Part shown: one piece after another, positions 1 to 11,527 of the stretch
Layout: each line of letters begins with the position of its first letter
Position numbering within the stretch: position 1 is the first letter of the stretch
DNA from: an uncultured Alphaproteobacteria bacterium
Lineage (GTDB): Bacteria; Pseudomonadota; Alphaproteobacteria; HIMB59; GCA-002718135
Reading direction: 5' to 3'
Assembly: GCA_902595855.1 (NCBI GenBank)
Contig: CACJRY010000002.1
Location: 56,664-120,663, forward strand
DNA: 64,000 nucleotides
Notes under the pieces: model-generated
What the model was told of the DNA's origin: nothing
Databases searched by the model: none
What the model saw: only the letters and a program-made list of their open reading frames with translations
Translations under genes and position numbers: made by a program

Positions 1-2022
1 CAAATCTATTGCCTCTGTTGTGGTTCCAAGAATTTTTACACCCTCATTTTCAAGTTCATTTGCAATCTTAAGAGGTGTCTGTCCTCCAAACTGGACAAAT
101 ACTCCAAGGACTTCACCAACTTCATCTTCTTTTTTGTAAATTTCTAAAACACTCTCAGTTGTTAGTGGTTCAAAATATAATCTATCAGCTGTATCATAGT
201 CAGTTGATACTGTTTCTGGATTACAGTTAATCATTATTGTTTCAATGCCTTTTTCTCTAAGCGCATAAACGGCATGTACACAACAATAATCAAACTCAAT
301 GCCCTGACCAATTCTATTTGGACCCCCTCCTAAAATGATAACTTTTTTATTTTCAGTAGGATTGGACTCACAAAATGGCTTATTATGAAAACTCCAATCA
401 TAACTTGAATAAAGGTAAGGCGTTTTGGAGCCAAATTCACCGGCACAGGTATCTACAAGTCTAAATATCGGTCTAATATTATTTTGATGTCTAAATTTTC
501 TAATTTCATTTTCTGAAATATTTTTAATTTTTGCAATTTTTTTGTCAGTGAAGCCATTATGTTTGGCTAAAAGAATAATTTCATTTGATAATTCACTTTC
601 TTGAATTAACTTTTCAATTTCAATAATCTTTTTGATTTGATAAATAAACCAGTTATCATATTTTGTTATGTTATTTATTTCATCTTGATCAATTCCAAGA
701 CGAAGAGCATGTCCAATTGTTAATAATCTTTGTGAAGATTGAATTTTTAAATCGTTAAGAATTGTTTGTTTGCTTGTAGAATGATTTTGTGGGACATCTA
801 GACCATCCAAGCCATATTCAAGAGAGCTAAATCCTTTTTGTAAACTTTCATTGAATGACCTTCCTATACTCATTGTCTCACCAACTGATTTCATAGAAGT
901 TGTTAAATTGGAATCAGCTCCATTAAATTTTTCAAAAGTAAATCTTGGAATTTTTGTAACAATGTAATCAATGGTTGGCTCAAAACTTGCAGGGGTTGTT
1001 TTTGTAATATCATTCTTTAATTCATCTAGTGAATAACCAACTGCTAATTTTGCTGCAATTTTTGCAATTGGAAAACCGGTTGCTTTTGAAGCTAAAGCAG
1101 AGGATCTACTCACTCTAGGATTCATTTCAATAACATTTATTTCTCCATCTTCAGGATTGATGGCAAACTGAACATTTGATCCACCTGTATCTACTCCAAT
1201 CTTTTGTAATACTTTAATGCTAGCATTTCTTAAGATTTGATATTCTTTATCTGTCAAAGTTAGTGAAGGTGCTACCGTTATACTATCGCCAGTATGGACA
1301 CCCATTGGGTCAATATTTTCAATTGAACAAATTATTATACAATTATCTTTATGGTCTCTAACAACTTCCATCTCAAATTCTTTCCAGCCTGATACTGATT
1401 TTTCAATTAAAATTTGATTTGTTGGACTTGCATTCAGTCCTCTTTGACATAATTCAGAGAATTCCTCATCTGTATAGGCAACTCCACCCCCTGTTCCTCC
1501 TAAAGTAAAACTCGGTCTTATAACTAAAGGTAATTTTAATTTTTCTTTTACCTCTATTGCTTTTGTTAATTCCTCTACAATAACGCTCTCAGGACATTTT
1601 AATCCAATTGCTCTCATTGCATCTTTAAATTTTTGCCTATCTTCCGCAAGTTCTATTGCGTCAGGATTGGCCCCAATCATCTTGACATTGTTCTTCTTAA
1701 GTATTCCTGATTTTGCAAGTTCCATGGAGACATTTAAAGCAGTTTGACCACCCATCGTAGGTAATAAAGCATCAGGTTTCTCTAACTCTATAATTTGCTC
1801 TACAAACTCTTTTGTAATTGGCTCAATATAAGTTTTGTCAGATAAATCTGGATCAGTCATTATGGTTGCAGGATTGGAGTTTACAAGAACTACTTTGTAT
1901 CCTTCTTCTTTAAGAGATTTGCAAGCCTGCGCACCAGAATAGTCAAACTCACACGCCTGTCCAATGACAATTGGTCCAGCTCCAATTATTAATATTTTGT
2001 TTATATCTTGTCTTTTAGGCAT
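1..2022 (-). CDS. carB: Carbamoyl-phosphate synthase large subunit (5' part; runs off the left edge)
   Basis: Not in the ORF track. Reverse strand from ATG at 2022 reads [30 protein letters not shown]..., the canonical CarB N-terminus. Overlaps the carA stop by 8 nt. Confidence 0.97.
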   Translation of the reverse strand, partial: MPKRQDINKILIIGAGPIVIGQACEFDYSGAQACKSLKEEGYKVVLVNSNPATIMTDPDLSDKTYIEPITKEFVEQIIELEKPDALLPTMGGQTALNVSMELAKSGILKKNNVKMIGANPDAIELAEDRQKFKDAMRAIGLKCPESVIVEELTKAIEVKEKLKLPLVIRPSFTLGGTGGGVAYTDEEFSELCQRGLNASPTNQILIEKSVSGWKEFEMEVVRDHKDNCIIICSIENIDPMGVHTGDSITVAPSLTLTDKEYQILRNASIKVLQKIGVDTGGSNVQFAINPEDGEINVIEMNPRVSRSSALASKATGFPIAKIAAKLAVGYSLDELKNDITKTTPASFEPTIDYIVTKIPRFTFEKFNGADSNLTTSMKSVGETMSIGRSFNESLQKGFSSLEYGLDGLDVPQNHSTSKQTILNDLKIQSSQRLLTIGHALRLGIDQDEINNITKYDNWFIYQIKKIIEIEKLIQESELSNEIILLAKHNGFTDKKIAKIKNISENEIRKFRHQNNIRPIFRLVDTCAGEFGSKTPYLYSSYDWSFHNKPFCESNPTENKKVIILGGGPNRIGQGIEFDYCCVHAVYALREKGIETIMINCNPETVSTDYDTADRLYFEPLTTESVLEIYKKEDEVGEVLGVFVQFGGQTPLKIANELENEGVKILGTTTEAIDL

Positions 2023-3178
2023 ACTTTGTAATTAATTTGTAAAATTCTCTAAAAAGATAATTACTATCATGGGGTCCAGGACTTGCCTCTGGATGATATT
2101 GCACACTAAATACAGGTAGGGTTTTGTGCCTTATACCTTCATTTGATCCATCAAATAAAGATACATGAGTTTCTTCAACTTCATTTGGTAAACTTGCTCT
2201 ATCAACTTCAAAACCATGATTTTGCGAAGTTATTTCTACAGTATTATTAATTAAATTTTTTACTGGTTGATTTGCACCTCTATGACCCTGATACATTTTT
2301 TTTGTTTTTGCACCAAGGGCAAGATTTATTAATTGATGGCCAAGACAAATACCAAAAATGGGAATTTCAAGGTTGATAAGCTCTTTAATTGTGGGAAGTA
2401 TCAATTTTATAGTAGCATCAGGATCTCCAGGGCCGTTTGATAAAAAGATACCTTTTGGTTTATTACTTAGAATTTCTTTTATATTAGTTACAGCAGGCAA
2501 GATTGTAGGATTAAAATTTAAATTTTTTAAATTTCTTAAAATATTTTGTTTAATGCCAAAATCTAAACACACGATTGGAAAATTTTCAAAACTTTGTTTT
2601 TCAATATCTTTTTTCCATAAGCCATCATCCCACTCATAAACTTTTTTTGTAGAGACTAAAGTTGCAAGATCCAAATTTTCAAGACCACCCCATTGCTTTA
2701 ATTGTTTTTTTAAATCTTCTAAGCTTTTATTTTTTTCACCAAAATGAATTAATGCTGCTTTTTTTGCACCCTCTATAGATAATTTTCTAGTTAAGTATCG
2801 AGTATCAATACTTGTAATTGCTGGAATATTATTATTTTTTAAAAAAGAATTTAAACTATCTTGAGCTCTCCAATTTGAATAGTGTTCTAGAGTTTGATTG
2901 ATAACACAGCCTTCAGCATAAATTTTAGATGATTCTAAATCTTCATCATTTGTTCCTACAATACCTATATGAGGAAAAGTAAAAGTAATAATCTGTTTTG
3001 CATATGATGGGTCTGTCAAAGTTTCTTGATAGCCTGATTGAGATGTATTGAAACACAATTCAGCTACAACTGATTTAATGGCTCCTAAACCATCACCCCA
3101 CAATATTTCACCGTCATCGAAAATTAAAGCAGCTGAAGGAGGGCGTAGGTGTTGTTTTTTATAAATATCCCGCAGCAT
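2015..3178 (-). CDS. carA: Carbamoyl-phosphate synthase small subunit
   Basis: [27 protein letters not shown] and [14 protein letters not shown] motifs; adjacent to carB. Confidence 0.98.
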   Translation of the reverse strand: MLRDIYKKQHLRPPSAALIFDDGEILWGDGLGAIKSVVAELCFNTSQSGYQETLTDPSYAKQIITFTFPHIGIVGTNDEDLESSKIYAEGCVINQTLEHYSNWRAQDSLNSFLKNNNIPAITSIDTRYLTRKLSIEGAKKAALIHFGEKNKSLEDLKKQLKQWGGLENLDLATLVSTKKVYEWDDGLWKKDIEKQSFENFPIVCLDFGIKQNILRNLKNLNFNPTILPAVTNIKEILSNKPKGIFLSNGPGDPDATIKLILPTIKELINLEIPIFGICLGHQLINLALGAKTKKMYQGHRGANQPVKNLINNTVEITSQNHGFEVDRASLPNEVEETHVSLFDGSNEGIRHKTLPVFSVQYHPEASPGPHDSNYLFREFYKLITKYA

Positions 3179-3304
3179 TATTTGATAAGAAATGATGGTT
3201 TACTAGGCATTTTGAAAACTTTAGTCAAGGATTAGTTGAAATTGTAAATAACAGTTATATTAGTGATAAAAATAAATTTAACCGATTCTAACAGGTAGAT
3301 AATT

Positions 3305-3766
3305 ATGAGTTTAAGAAACAATATTGATGAGGATTATAAAAAAGCAATAAAAAACAAAGAGCAAGATAGGACCAATACTCTTAGATTAATAAAAAGTGCT
3401 ATAAAAGATAAAGATATTTCATCTAGATCTAATGAAAGCAGAGAAGGCATTAGCGATCAAGAAATACTATCACTTTTGATCAGCTTGATTAAACAGAGAA
3501 AAGATTCGATAGAGCAATTTCAAAAAGCTGGAAGAGATGATTTAATTAAAACTGAGCAAAGTGAAATTGACATAATAAATCAATATTTACCTAAGCAAAA
3601 ATCTGAGGATGAAACCATAGAAATTATTGATGAATTAATTAAAACTCATAATTTAGAAAATTTAAAAGATATGGGCAAGCTTATGGGTTTTGTTAAAAAA
3701 AATTATCCTGGAGAGGTAGATATAGGATTGGTGGGTAAAATTGCAAAATCTAAACTTGGAAATTAA
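3305..3766 (+). CDS. GatB/YqeY domain protein
   Basis: TLRLIKSAIKD...IKQRKDSIEQFQKAGRDDL...EIDIINQYLP...DMGKLMG pattern; usual carA-yqeY-dnaG-rpoD order in alphaproteobacteria. Confidence 0.92.
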   Translation: MSLRNNIDEDYKKAIKNKEQDRTNTLRLIKSAIKDKDISSRSNESREGISDQEILSLLISLIKQRKDSIEQFQKAGRDDLIKTEQSEIDIINQYLPKQKSEDETIEIIDELIKTHNLENLKDMGKLMGFVKKNYPGEVDIGLVGKIAKSKLGN

Positions 3767-5511
3767 TGGCTTTCAATAAGATTGATTTAGAAAATATAAA
3801 ATCAAAAATTCTTATTTCAGAAGAGTTAGATAAAAAAACTAAAGTAATTAAAAAAGGAAAAGATTTTTGGTGTTGCTGTCCATTTCATAATGAAAAAACC
3901 CCATCATGTAAAATTAATGATGAACAGGGATCTTATTATTGTTTTGGCTGTGGAGCAAAAGGAGATATTTTTACAATCTACCAAGAATTATTTAATTATA
4001 CTTTCCTAGATGCAGTAAAGGAGTTAGCAAATAGAGCAGGTATTAAAATAAACTTTGAGCAAACTTCAAATTATAAAGATTATGATAAACATTTAAAAAT
4101 TTTAGAAATTTCAGCTAAGTGGTTTGAGGAAAATTTAAAAGCAGAAAATAATTTATGTATAAAATATTTACAAAATCGCAAATTATCAGATGATACAATT
4201 AAAACTTTTAGACTTGGGTATTCTTTTAATAAAGATCTTTCACTCCATGAGCATTTAAAAAATTTATCATTTGCTGATGAAGAGATTTTAAAAAGCAATG
4301 TTGCTAAACTTGATAAAAATAAAAATATAAAAGATTTTTTTTACAAGAGATTAATTTTCCCTATAACTAATATAAACGGAAAAGTAGTTGGATTTGGAGG
4401 GCGTGTTTTGGATGAGTCCAATCCTAAGTATATAAATTCTCCAGAAAGTCATCATTTTAAAAAGAGAAGCATGCTGTATAATCTTAATTTAGCAAAAAAC
4501 TCTGCAAGAGAGAAAAAAAACTTATTAATTTGTGAAGGATACATGGATGTGATTTCATTATACCAAAACAATATCAAAAGTGTTGTAGCTCCACTTGGTA
4601 CATCTTTTACACAAGAACAATTAGAACTAACCTGGAAATATACTAATAAACCTACTATAATGTTTGACGGCGATGATGCTGGTGTTAGAGCATCCTATAA
4701 AGCAGCACTAATGTCCCTTCCTTTTTTAGTTCCTAATAAATCTCTTCAATTTATAAGATTGCCCAAAAATAATGACCCAGACAGTTTTTTAGAAAAAAAT
4801 AAATTAGCTAATCTTGTTAAGATACTGAAAGCACCAACATCTTTATTAACCTACATTTTTGAACTATCTAGTGATGGAGTATCTCTTAGTGATGCCGACC
4901 AAAAAATTTCATATGACCAATATCTTGATGATATAGTAAGCACGATTAAAGATAAAAAAATTCAATATTTTTATAAAAGCGAATTTAAATCTTTATTTTT
5001 TAAAAAATTAAAAAATTCTAATAAAAATGACATAATAAATGTCATTCCAACAAAAGTTAGTTCCTTACAAAAAAAACAGATATATTCTTTTATTGCTAGT
5101 GCTATTAACCACTCAAAATTAAGAATTAAAATCATTGAGTGTATTTTTGAAAATATTGAATTAGAAGAAATGGAGAGCAAAATTTTAGAGATTCTAAAAA
5201 ATGACACCTTATTTAGTAATGATAATTCAAATGTTTTAAGTTTGTTTAATGAAGAAATCAGACAATTTTTGAAATCTAAGATATTGCATCCAAGTATTTA
5301 TAAACTTTTCCCGTATTCTAGCCATAAATATGATACAGAAGGAGCTTTAGGAGAAATACAAGAATCTTTGAAAAACTTGAATACAAGGCTTTCAAATTTG
5401 AAAAAAATAAATAAAAGCCTAAATACCTTTGAAAAAAATAGTACTTCTTTGAATTGGGATGAACTTCAGAAGATATCTATAGAGTTAGAGGAAACCTATA
5501 AAGATAGTTAA
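3766..5511 (+). CDS. dnaG: DNA primase
   Basis: [10 protein letters not shown]...YYCFGC zinc finger, [19 protein letters not shown] motifs EGYMDV and FDGDDAG. Confidence 0.97.
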   Translation: MAFNKIDLENIKSKILISEELDKKTKVIKKGKDFWCCCPFHNEKTPSCKINDEQGSYYCFGCGAKGDIFTIYQELFNYTFLDAVKELANRAGIKINFEQTSNYKDYDKHLKILEISAKWFEENLKAENNLCIKYLQNRKLSDDTIKTFRLGYSFNKDLSLHEHLKNLSFADEEILKSNVAKLDKNKNIKDFFYKRLIFPITNINGKVVGFGGRVLDESNPKYINSPESHHFKKRSMLYNLNLAKNSAREKKNLLICEGYMDVISLYQNNIKSVVAPLGTSFTQEQLELTWKYTNKPTIMFDGDDAGVRASYKAALMSLPFLVPNKSLQFIRLPKNNDPDSFLEKNKLANLVKILKAPTSLLTYIFELSSDGVSLSDADQKISYDQYLDDIVSTIKDKKIQYFYKSEFKSLFFKKLKNSNKNDIINVIPTKVSSLQKKQIYSFIASAINHSKLRIKIIECIFENIELEEMESKILEILKNDTLFSNDNSNVLSLFNEEIRQFLKSKILHPSIYKLFPYSSHKYDTEGALGEIQESLKNLNTRLSNLKKINKSLNTFEKNSTSLNWDELQKISIELEETYKDS

Positions 5512-5512
5512 T

Positions 5513-7720
5513 ATGGCAAAAAAAACAGTTAAAAAAAAGAAGACTACTCCAAAAAAAACCTTAATTAAAAAAAAGGCTGTAAAGAAAGTTGCAGCAAAAA
5601 AAACAGCAAAAAAAACAAAAAAAGCTATTTCAAAAAAAACATCCAAAACTAAAAAAACTATAAAAACAAAAAAGGTATCACAAAAAAAATCAACAAATTT
5701 AAAAAAGAAAACAGCAAAAATTAAAAAAAGTAAACTAAACAAAAACAAAATTAATAAGAAGGTTAAAGATAAAAAATTAAAAAAAGAAAAAAAAGTTATT
5801 TCATTTGATGATCATATAAAATCTATCATAGCTAAATTATTAGATAAACATAAAGTTGATGGAATATATACACAAAAAATAATTGAAAAATCTGTCCCAA
5901 AAAAGTTTAGAACAGAAGAAAATGTTTCTAAAGTTGAAGCATTTTTGAAAGAAAATAATATAACAATTGTTTCTGAAGAAGAAGCAGCCGCTTTGATAAA
6001 ATCAGCTAAAGAAGATCAATCTAAAAATGATGAAGAAAGTGGTGAGGACCAAAAAAAACAAACAGGTAAAACTGATGATCCTGTAAGATTATATTTAAGA
6101 GATATGGGAGCTGTTGAACTACTTAGCAGAGAGGGTGAAATAGCAATAGCCAAAAGAATTGAAGCTGGAAGAGAAAAAATGATTGGAGCAATATGTGAAA
6201 GTCCCATGACAATTCGATCAATAATAAATTGGAAAGACTCCATAAAAGATGGAACAATGTTGTTAAGAGATATTGTTGATTTAGAGGCAACTTATGACAT
6301 GTCTGATATTAATGACAATAAACTGGATGATACTCTAAAATTAATTGAAGAAGCTGGCGCTAGTGAAAAAAAAGATAAAGAAGAAAAGAATTCATCAAAT
6401 GAAACAGAGGGAGAAACTGACTCAGATAATCAAAGTGAAGAAGACGAACTAAATGTTTCATTAGCTGCAATGGAAGAAAAGCTTAAACCAAAAGTTTTAA
6501 GTGATTTTGATTTTATTACAAAGCTTTTCAAAAGATTACAAAAATATAGTTCAGAGCTAATAAGCTCAGACAGAAAAAATGAGACAAGTTTCATTGCTAC
6601 TGAAAAAAAATACAAAAAAATCCAGAAAGAAATGGTAGTTGCCATGAAAGCTGTTCATTTTAATTCATCTACAATTGAAGCTTTAATGGAGTCTCTTTAC
6701 GAACTTAACAAAAAATTACTTGTAAGAGAAGGTCGCATGTTAAGACTCGCTGTTAATGAGGGTGTTAAAAGAGAAAACTTTATTGAAGAATACTTAAATT
6801 TTAATTTTGAAAAAAACTGGATTCAAACTTTACTTAACCTGAAAGATAAACACTGGGAAAAATTTATAAATAAAAATCATTTAGAAATTAATAAATTAAT
6901 TGATGAAATAAAAGAAATTCAAGATGCATCTGAATTGCCTTTAACTGAATTTAGAAGAATAGTATCTACTGTACAACAGGGGGAAAGATCTGCAGGCAGA
7001 GCAAAGAAAGAGATGATTGAATCAAATTTACGTTTAGTTATTTCAATTGCAAAAAAATATACCAATCGTGGCTTACAGTTTTTAGATCTAATTCAGGAAG
7101 GTAACATTGGTTTAATGAAAGCGGTTGATAAATTTGAATACAGAAGAGGTTACAAATTTTCTACTTACGCTACTTGGTGGATAAGACAAGCAATTACAAG
7201 ATCAATAGCAGATCAAGCTAGAACAATAAGAATACCAGTACACATGATAGAGACAATAAATAAAATAGTAAGAACTACTCGACAAATCATGGCAGAAATT
7301 GGCAGAGAACCTACACCAAATGAGCTAGCAGAGAGGCTTCACATGCCTTTAGATAAAGTTAAAAAAGTTTTAAAAATTGCCAAGGAACCAATAAGTTTAG
7401 AGACACCTGTTGGGGATGAGGAAGATAGTTCTTTAGGTGATTTTATAGAAGATAAAAATGCGCTTATCCCAATTGATGCTGCAGTAAAAAGCTCTCTGAG
7501 AGATACAACAACAAGGATTTTATCATCATTAACTCCAAGAGAGGAAAGAGTGTTGAGGATGCGTTTTGGTATTGGTATGAATAGTGATCACACGCTTGAA
7601 GAAGTTGGTCAACAATTTAGCGTTACAAGAGAGAGGATACGTCAAATAGAAGCAAAAGCACTGCGTAAACTAAAACATCCTACCAGAGCAAGAAAACTAA
7701 AAACATTTTTAGACGAATAA
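5513..7720 (+). CDS. rpoD: RNA polymerase primary sigma factor (sigma-70) with a Lys-rich N-terminal extension
   Basis: [70 protein letters not shown], region 4 [27 protein letters not shown]. Confidence 0.99.
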   Translation: MAKKTVKKKKTTPKKTLIKKKAVKKVAAKKTAKKTKKAISKKTSKTKKTIKTKKVSQKKSTNLKKKTAKIKKSKLNKNKINKKVKDKKLKKEKKVISFDDHIKSIIAKLLDKHKVDGIYTQKIIEKSVPKKFRTEENVSKVEAFLKENNITIVSEEEAAALIKSAKEDQSKNDEESGEDQKKQTGKTDDPVRLYLRDMGAVELLSREGEIAIAKRIEAGREKMIGAICESPMTIRSIINWKDSIKDGTMLLRDIVDLEATYDMSDINDNKLDDTLKLIEEAGASEKKDKEEKNSSNETEGETDSDNQSEEDELNVSLAAMEEKLKPKVLSDFDFITKLFKRLQKYSSELISSDRKNETSFIATEKKYKKIQKEMVVAMKAVHFNSSTIEALMESLYELNKKLLVREGRMLRLAVNEGVKRENFIEEYLNFNFEKNWIQTLLNLKDKHWEKFINKNHLEINKLIDEIKEIQDASELPLTEFRRIVSTVQQGERSAGRAKKEMIESNLRLVISIAKKYTNRGLQFLDLIQEGNIGLMKAVDKFEYRRGYKFSTYATWWIRQAITRSIADQARTIRIPVHMIETINKIVRTTRQIMAEIGREPTPNELAERLHMPLDKVKKVLKIAKEPISLETPVGDEEDSSLGDFIEDKNALIPIDAAVKSSLRDTTTRILSSLTPREERVLRMRFGIGMNSDHTLEEVGQQFSVTRERIRQIEAKALRKLKHPTRARKLKTFLDE

Positions 7721-8547
7721 TGAAATTGACACTTCTTGGGACAGGTTGTCCAAGTGTTGATCACAAACGATTTGGACCATCAAACCTAATAACAACAAAC
7801 AAAGCTAAAATTTTAGTTGATTGTGGCTCAGGCATAACTCAAAGACTTCATGAATTAAAAGTATCATCAGCAAACATTGATGCGTTATTATTTACTCATC
7901 TGCATTCTGACCATGCAGTTGACTTGTATCAATTGATCATTTCTTCATGGCATTCTTATAGAATAAAACCATGGAAAATTTATGGACCAAAAGGAACAAA
8001 AAAGTTTGTAAATAAAATTATGGATGCTTGGGCTGATGAAAGAAAGTTAAGAATTTCTTATGAAGCAAGAGCAACTGCAAAGGCATTTAAGATTGAGGTA
8101 ATTGAATTTAAATCTTTGGGTAATATCAAGATTAAAGATTTAAAGATTAAATACTTTGAAGTTGATCATAAGCCTGTGAAATATGCTTATGGCTTCGCTT
8201 TTACAAATAAAAATAAAAAACTAACAATAAGTGGTGACACAAAACCGTGTGAAAATTTAATGAAGTATGCACAAAAATCAGATATTCTTCTTCATGAGGT
8301 TTTTATTGAAGGAGAGATTTTAAAGACCAATAAGATGCGTACTAAAAAAACTTTGCATAATGTAAAAAGTTATCACACAACTTCATCGCAGGTAGGTAAA
8401 GTAGCCTTTATTACTCGAAGTAAAAAATTAGTTTTAACTCACTTTGTTCCAACTCAATTCAATAAAAATAGATTAAAAAAGATCATTAAAAAAGATTTTG
8501 GAAAAGATCCAATTATCGGTGAAGATTTAATGAGTATAACTATCTAA
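7720..8547 (+). CDS. Metallo-beta-lactamase-fold hydrolase (RNase Z/BN-arylsulfatase family)
   Basis: LLGTGCP, LVDCGSG, THLHSDH, ISGDT, LLHEV, SYHTT and LVLTHFVP motifs; start overlaps the rpoD stop (TAATG). Confidence 0.85.
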   Translation: MKLTLLGTGCPSVDHKRFGPSNLITTNKAKILVDCGSGITQRLHELKVSSANIDALLFTHLHSDHAVDLYQLIISSWHSYRIKPWKIYGPKGTKKFVNKIMDAWADERKLRISYEARATAKAFKIEVIEFKSLGNIKIKDLKIKYFEVDHKPVKYAYGFAFTNKNKKLTISGDTKPCENLMKYAQKSDILLHEVFIEGEILKTNKMRTKKTLHNVKSYHTTSSQVGKVAFITRSKKLVLTHFVPTQFNKNRLKKIIKKDFGKDPIIGEDLMSITI

Positions 8548-8558
8548 TTTAAATAACT

Positions 8559-9923
8559 TTATTTATATTCTGGTAAAAAATCACTATGCGCTTCAATCAT
8601 TTTATCTGTCATTGAATAGATTTCATCAATAGTAAGATTTGCTGCAGTAAGTGGATCAAGTAATGCTGCATGGTAAATAGTCTCTTTTTTTCTTGTTAAT
8701 GCTGCTTCAGCTGTAAGTATTTGAACATTAATATTAGTTCTCATCAAAGCAGCTAGGTGTTCTGGAAGTTTACCAAATTTTTGTGGAGAATATCCATTCG
8801 AATTTATAATACATGGTACCTCAACACAACAATTTGAAGGAAGGTTATCTATATAACCATTATTCATTACATTGGCATTAATTGTAATCTCATTATTATT
8901 TACTACTCCATCAATAATATAAGATGCATATTCATGACTTCTTTCTAAAGGTTGCTCATAAATTGGAGTCATATCTTCTTCTAGTTTGTTCCATAATTTT
9001 ACATTTATTTCACAACGATCAATATATTCTTCTATAGGAATTTTGTATTTTTCTAACTCATCTTTTCTATTTTGTTTTATGAACCATGGCACATATTCAG
9101 CAAAGTGTTCACTGGACTCTGTAACAAAATATCCAAATCTTCTAAGTATTTCATATCTGACTTTTTCATGAAGTACCTTATTAGAATATTCTGATTTTTT
9201 TCGACTTCTAGAAGACAGGATTTCATCATTAACTATCTTATTTGCTATATTTTTCAGTTTTGGATATAAATCTTCACTTTGATTATCTGTAATTTTTTTT
9301 TCAAATTTTTGATAAAAAGCCATGTGATTAATTCCGACACATAGGTAATCAATATCCTCGATATTTTCTCCTAAATCTTCTGCAAGCATTTCAGCAGTAC
9401 CTTGAACTGAATGGCATAATCCCAATGTTTTAATTTCAGGAAACGTTTTATTAATAGCAATCATATTGGCACACATTGGATTCACATATTGTAACCATAT
9501 TGCTTTGGGGCAAATTTCAATAATGTCTTTTGCAATATCTAGTAAAACAGGTATTGTTCTTAAACCTCTCATAATACCTCCAATACCTAAAGTATCTCCA
9601 ATAGTTTGCTGCAAGCCAAATTTTTTTGGAATTTCGAAATCTATTACAGTTGAAGGTTTGTAGCCACCAACTTGTATAGTTGTTTGAACAAAATCTGCAC
9701 CAACTAATGACTCTCTTCTATTTGTATACGATGTAATTTTAGGATTTGCATTAAGTTTTTGTGAGATAACAGTGAGCAAATCAAGTGATGCTTTTAATCT
9801 TTTTGCATCAATATCTTGAAGAGCAATTTCTATGTTTTTGAAAGAGTCTAATGAAAGAAGATCTGCCACTATATTTTTAGTAAATACAGCACTGCCAGCA
9901 CCAATAATGGTAAGTTTAGTCAT
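8559..9923 (-). CDS. melA: NAD+-dependent family 4 glycoside hydrolase (alpha-galactosidase/alpha-glucosidase)
   Basis: IIGAGSAVFT, QTIGDTLGIGGIMRGLRTIP, LQYVNPM, GLCHSVQGT, GINHMAF and VTESSEHFAEYVPWF match the MelA-type GH4 pattern. Confidence 0.9.
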   Translation of the reverse strand: MTKLTIIGAGSAVFTKNIVADLLSLDSFKNIEIALQDIDAKRLKASLDLLTVISQKLNANPKITSYTNRRESLVGADFVQTTIQVGGYKPSTVIDFEIPKKFGLQQTIGDTLGIGGIMRGLRTIPVLLDIAKDIIEICPKAIWLQYVNPMCANMIAINKTFPEIKTLGLCHSVQGTAEMLAEDLGENIEDIDYLCVGINHMAFYQKFEKKITDNQSEDLYPKLKNIANKIVNDEILSSRSRKKSEYSNKVLHEKVRYEILRRFGYFVTESSEHFAEYVPWFIKQNRKDELEKYKIPIEEYIDRCEINVKLWNKLEEDMTPIYEQPLERSHEYASYIIDGVVNNNEITINANVMNNGYIDNLPSNCCVEVPCIINSNGYSPQKFGKLPEHLAALMRTNINVQILTAEAALTRKKETIYHAALLDPLTAANLTIDEIYSMTDKMIEAHSDFLPEYK

Positions 9924-9990
9924 AAATTTAACTATATGCCAAAAAAATAATATTACTAAATCAATTTTTCTATATAAGGATTTTTTTAAA

Positions 9991-10067
9991 GGGCTCTTAG
10001 CTCAGTTGGTTAGAGCGCCCCGCTCATAACGGGGTGGTCCGGGGTTCAAGTCCCTGAGGGCCCACCA
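9991..10067 (+). tRNA. tRNA with CAT anticodon, most likely tRNA-Ile2 (lysidine); elongator tRNA-Met not excluded
   Basis: GGGCTCT...AGGGCCC acceptor stem plus ACCA; anticodon arm CCCCG-CTCATAA-CGGGG; T loop TTCAAGT. Paired G1-C72 argues against fMet; C4-G69 resembles Ile2 tRNAs. Confidence 0.93.
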
Positions 10068-10244
10068 TTTATTATAAATTTTTGTAACTTAATATTTTGG
10101 ATTTCTCTAAGAATAATTATTTTTTTTGAGTTTTAGAGATTTTTAATATTTTTCTTAACAAACTAAGAAAATTAAAGCTTTATATTATTATTTTTTAATA
10201 TTATCACATCCTCAGATATTATATTCTAAATAATAGGAGGAAGA

Positions 10245-11465
10245 ATGAAAAAACTAATAACTTTAATAGTTTTATTCGCCTCAACTGTTGTATCTGCAGG
10301 TACATTGGTTGTTAATTCAAACCAATCTGGAGAGTCTTCAAAAGCTGCTTTTGATGCATATGTAGATGCATTTAGAGCTGCTCATCCTGAAGTAACAGTT
10401 GTTGTAAATGAATTTGAGCACGAAGCTTACAAAACTGCAATCAGAAATTTCTTAACTGCTGAGGCACCTGATGTTGCAATTTGGTTTGCTGGTAACAGAA
10501 TGAAATTTTTTGTTGATCAAAATTTATTCCAAGATGTAAGTGATGTATGGGCAGATGCTGGTCTTAATGACTCAATGGCATCTACTAAAGGATCTCTTAC
10601 TGTTGATGGTAAACAGTATGGTGTTCCATGGGGTTACTATCAGTGGGGTGTTTACTATCGAAAAGATCTTTTTGATAATTTAGGTTTAAATGTGCCTAAA
10701 GATTGGGAAGAATTTAAATGGGTATGTGCTATGCTGAAAAAGAATGGTATTACTCCAATTACTATTGGAACAAAATATCTTTGGACTGCTGGCGGATGGT
10801 TTGATTACTTAAACTTAAGAATCAATGGTTATCAATTCCACATGGATTTAACTGCTGGTAAAGTAAGTTATGAAGATCCAAGATTAGATGCTACTTTTGC
10901 AGCTTGGAGAGAATTAATTGATCCAGGATATTTCCTTGAAGATCACGCTTCTTTCTCATGGCAAGATGCTCAAGCTCCACAAATTAACGGTGAAGCAGCG
11001 ATGTATTTAATTGGAAACTTCTATGTTCCGACTCTTGAAAGTGCTGGCGTTGTAGATAAAATGGATTTTTTCCAATTCCCTACAATTGTTGAAGGTATAG
11101 GTGTTGCAGAGGATGCTCCAACTGATACTATGCATATTCCTAGTGGTGCTAAAAATGTTGAAGATGCTAAAAAGTTTTTAGCATTTATGTCTAACAAAGA
11201 GGCTGCTACTAACTGGGCAACAATGGGTGGTATGTTAAGTCCAAATAAATATGCTGATAAACCAACAAATAGATTCTCAGTAATGGGAGCAGAAATGCTT
11301 GCAGCTGCAGATGACATTGCGCAATTCTGGGATAGAGATGCTAATCCAGATATGGCAGGTGCAGCTATGGAAGGTTTCCAAGAATTTATGGTTAAACCTG
11401 ACCGTGAAGCAAAAATTAGAGCTCGTCTTGAAAAAGAGAGAGAGCGAATTCACGGACCACTATAA
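10245..11465 (+). CDS. Carbohydrate ABC transporter substrate-binding protein
   Basis: Signal peptide, strong AGGAGG RBS, HEAYKTAIRNFL...APDV..WFAG and GKQYGVPWGYYQWGVYYRKDLF; upstream of two CUT1 permeases. Confidence 0.93.
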   Translation: MKKLITLIVLFASTVVSAGTLVVNSNQSGESSKAAFDAYVDAFRAAHPEVTVVVNEFEHEAYKTAIRNFLTAEAPDVAIWFAGNRMKFFVDQNLFQDVSDVWADAGLNDSMASTKGSLTVDGKQYGVPWGYYQWGVYYRKDLFDNLGLNVPKDWEEFKWVCAMLKKNGITPITIGTKYLWTAGGWFDYLNLRINGYQFHMDLTAGKVSYEDPRLDATFAAWRELIDPGYFLEDHASFSWQDAQAPQINGEAAMYLIGNFYVPTLESAGVVDKMDFFQFPTIVEGIGVAEDAPTDTMHIPSGAKNVEDAKKFLAFMSNKEAATNWATMGGMLSPNKYADKPTNRFSVMGAEMLAAADDIAQFWDRDANPDMAGAAMEGFQEFMVKPDREAKIRARLEKERERIHGPL

Positions 11466-11480
11466 GAAATTATTAACTTT

Positions 11481-11504
11481 TGAGGCGGAATTAATTCCGC
11501 CTCA
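11481..11504 (+). terminator. Perfect 24-bp palindrome between the binding-protein and permease genes (mRNA-stabilising or attenuating hairpin)
   Basis: TGAGGCGGAATTAATTCCGCCTCA is its own reverse complement; followed by TTT. Confidence 0.75.
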
Positions 11505-11527
11505 TTTAAAAAAATAGATAATTATTC

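Noticed and set aside
5485-5748. Hydrophobic Phe-rich ORF on the minus strand
   Set aside because: Antisense shadow of the AAA-rich lysine codons in the rpoD N-terminus.
9832-10029. 65-aa ORF on the plus strand
   Set aside because: Antisense to melA and runs into the tRNA; spurious.
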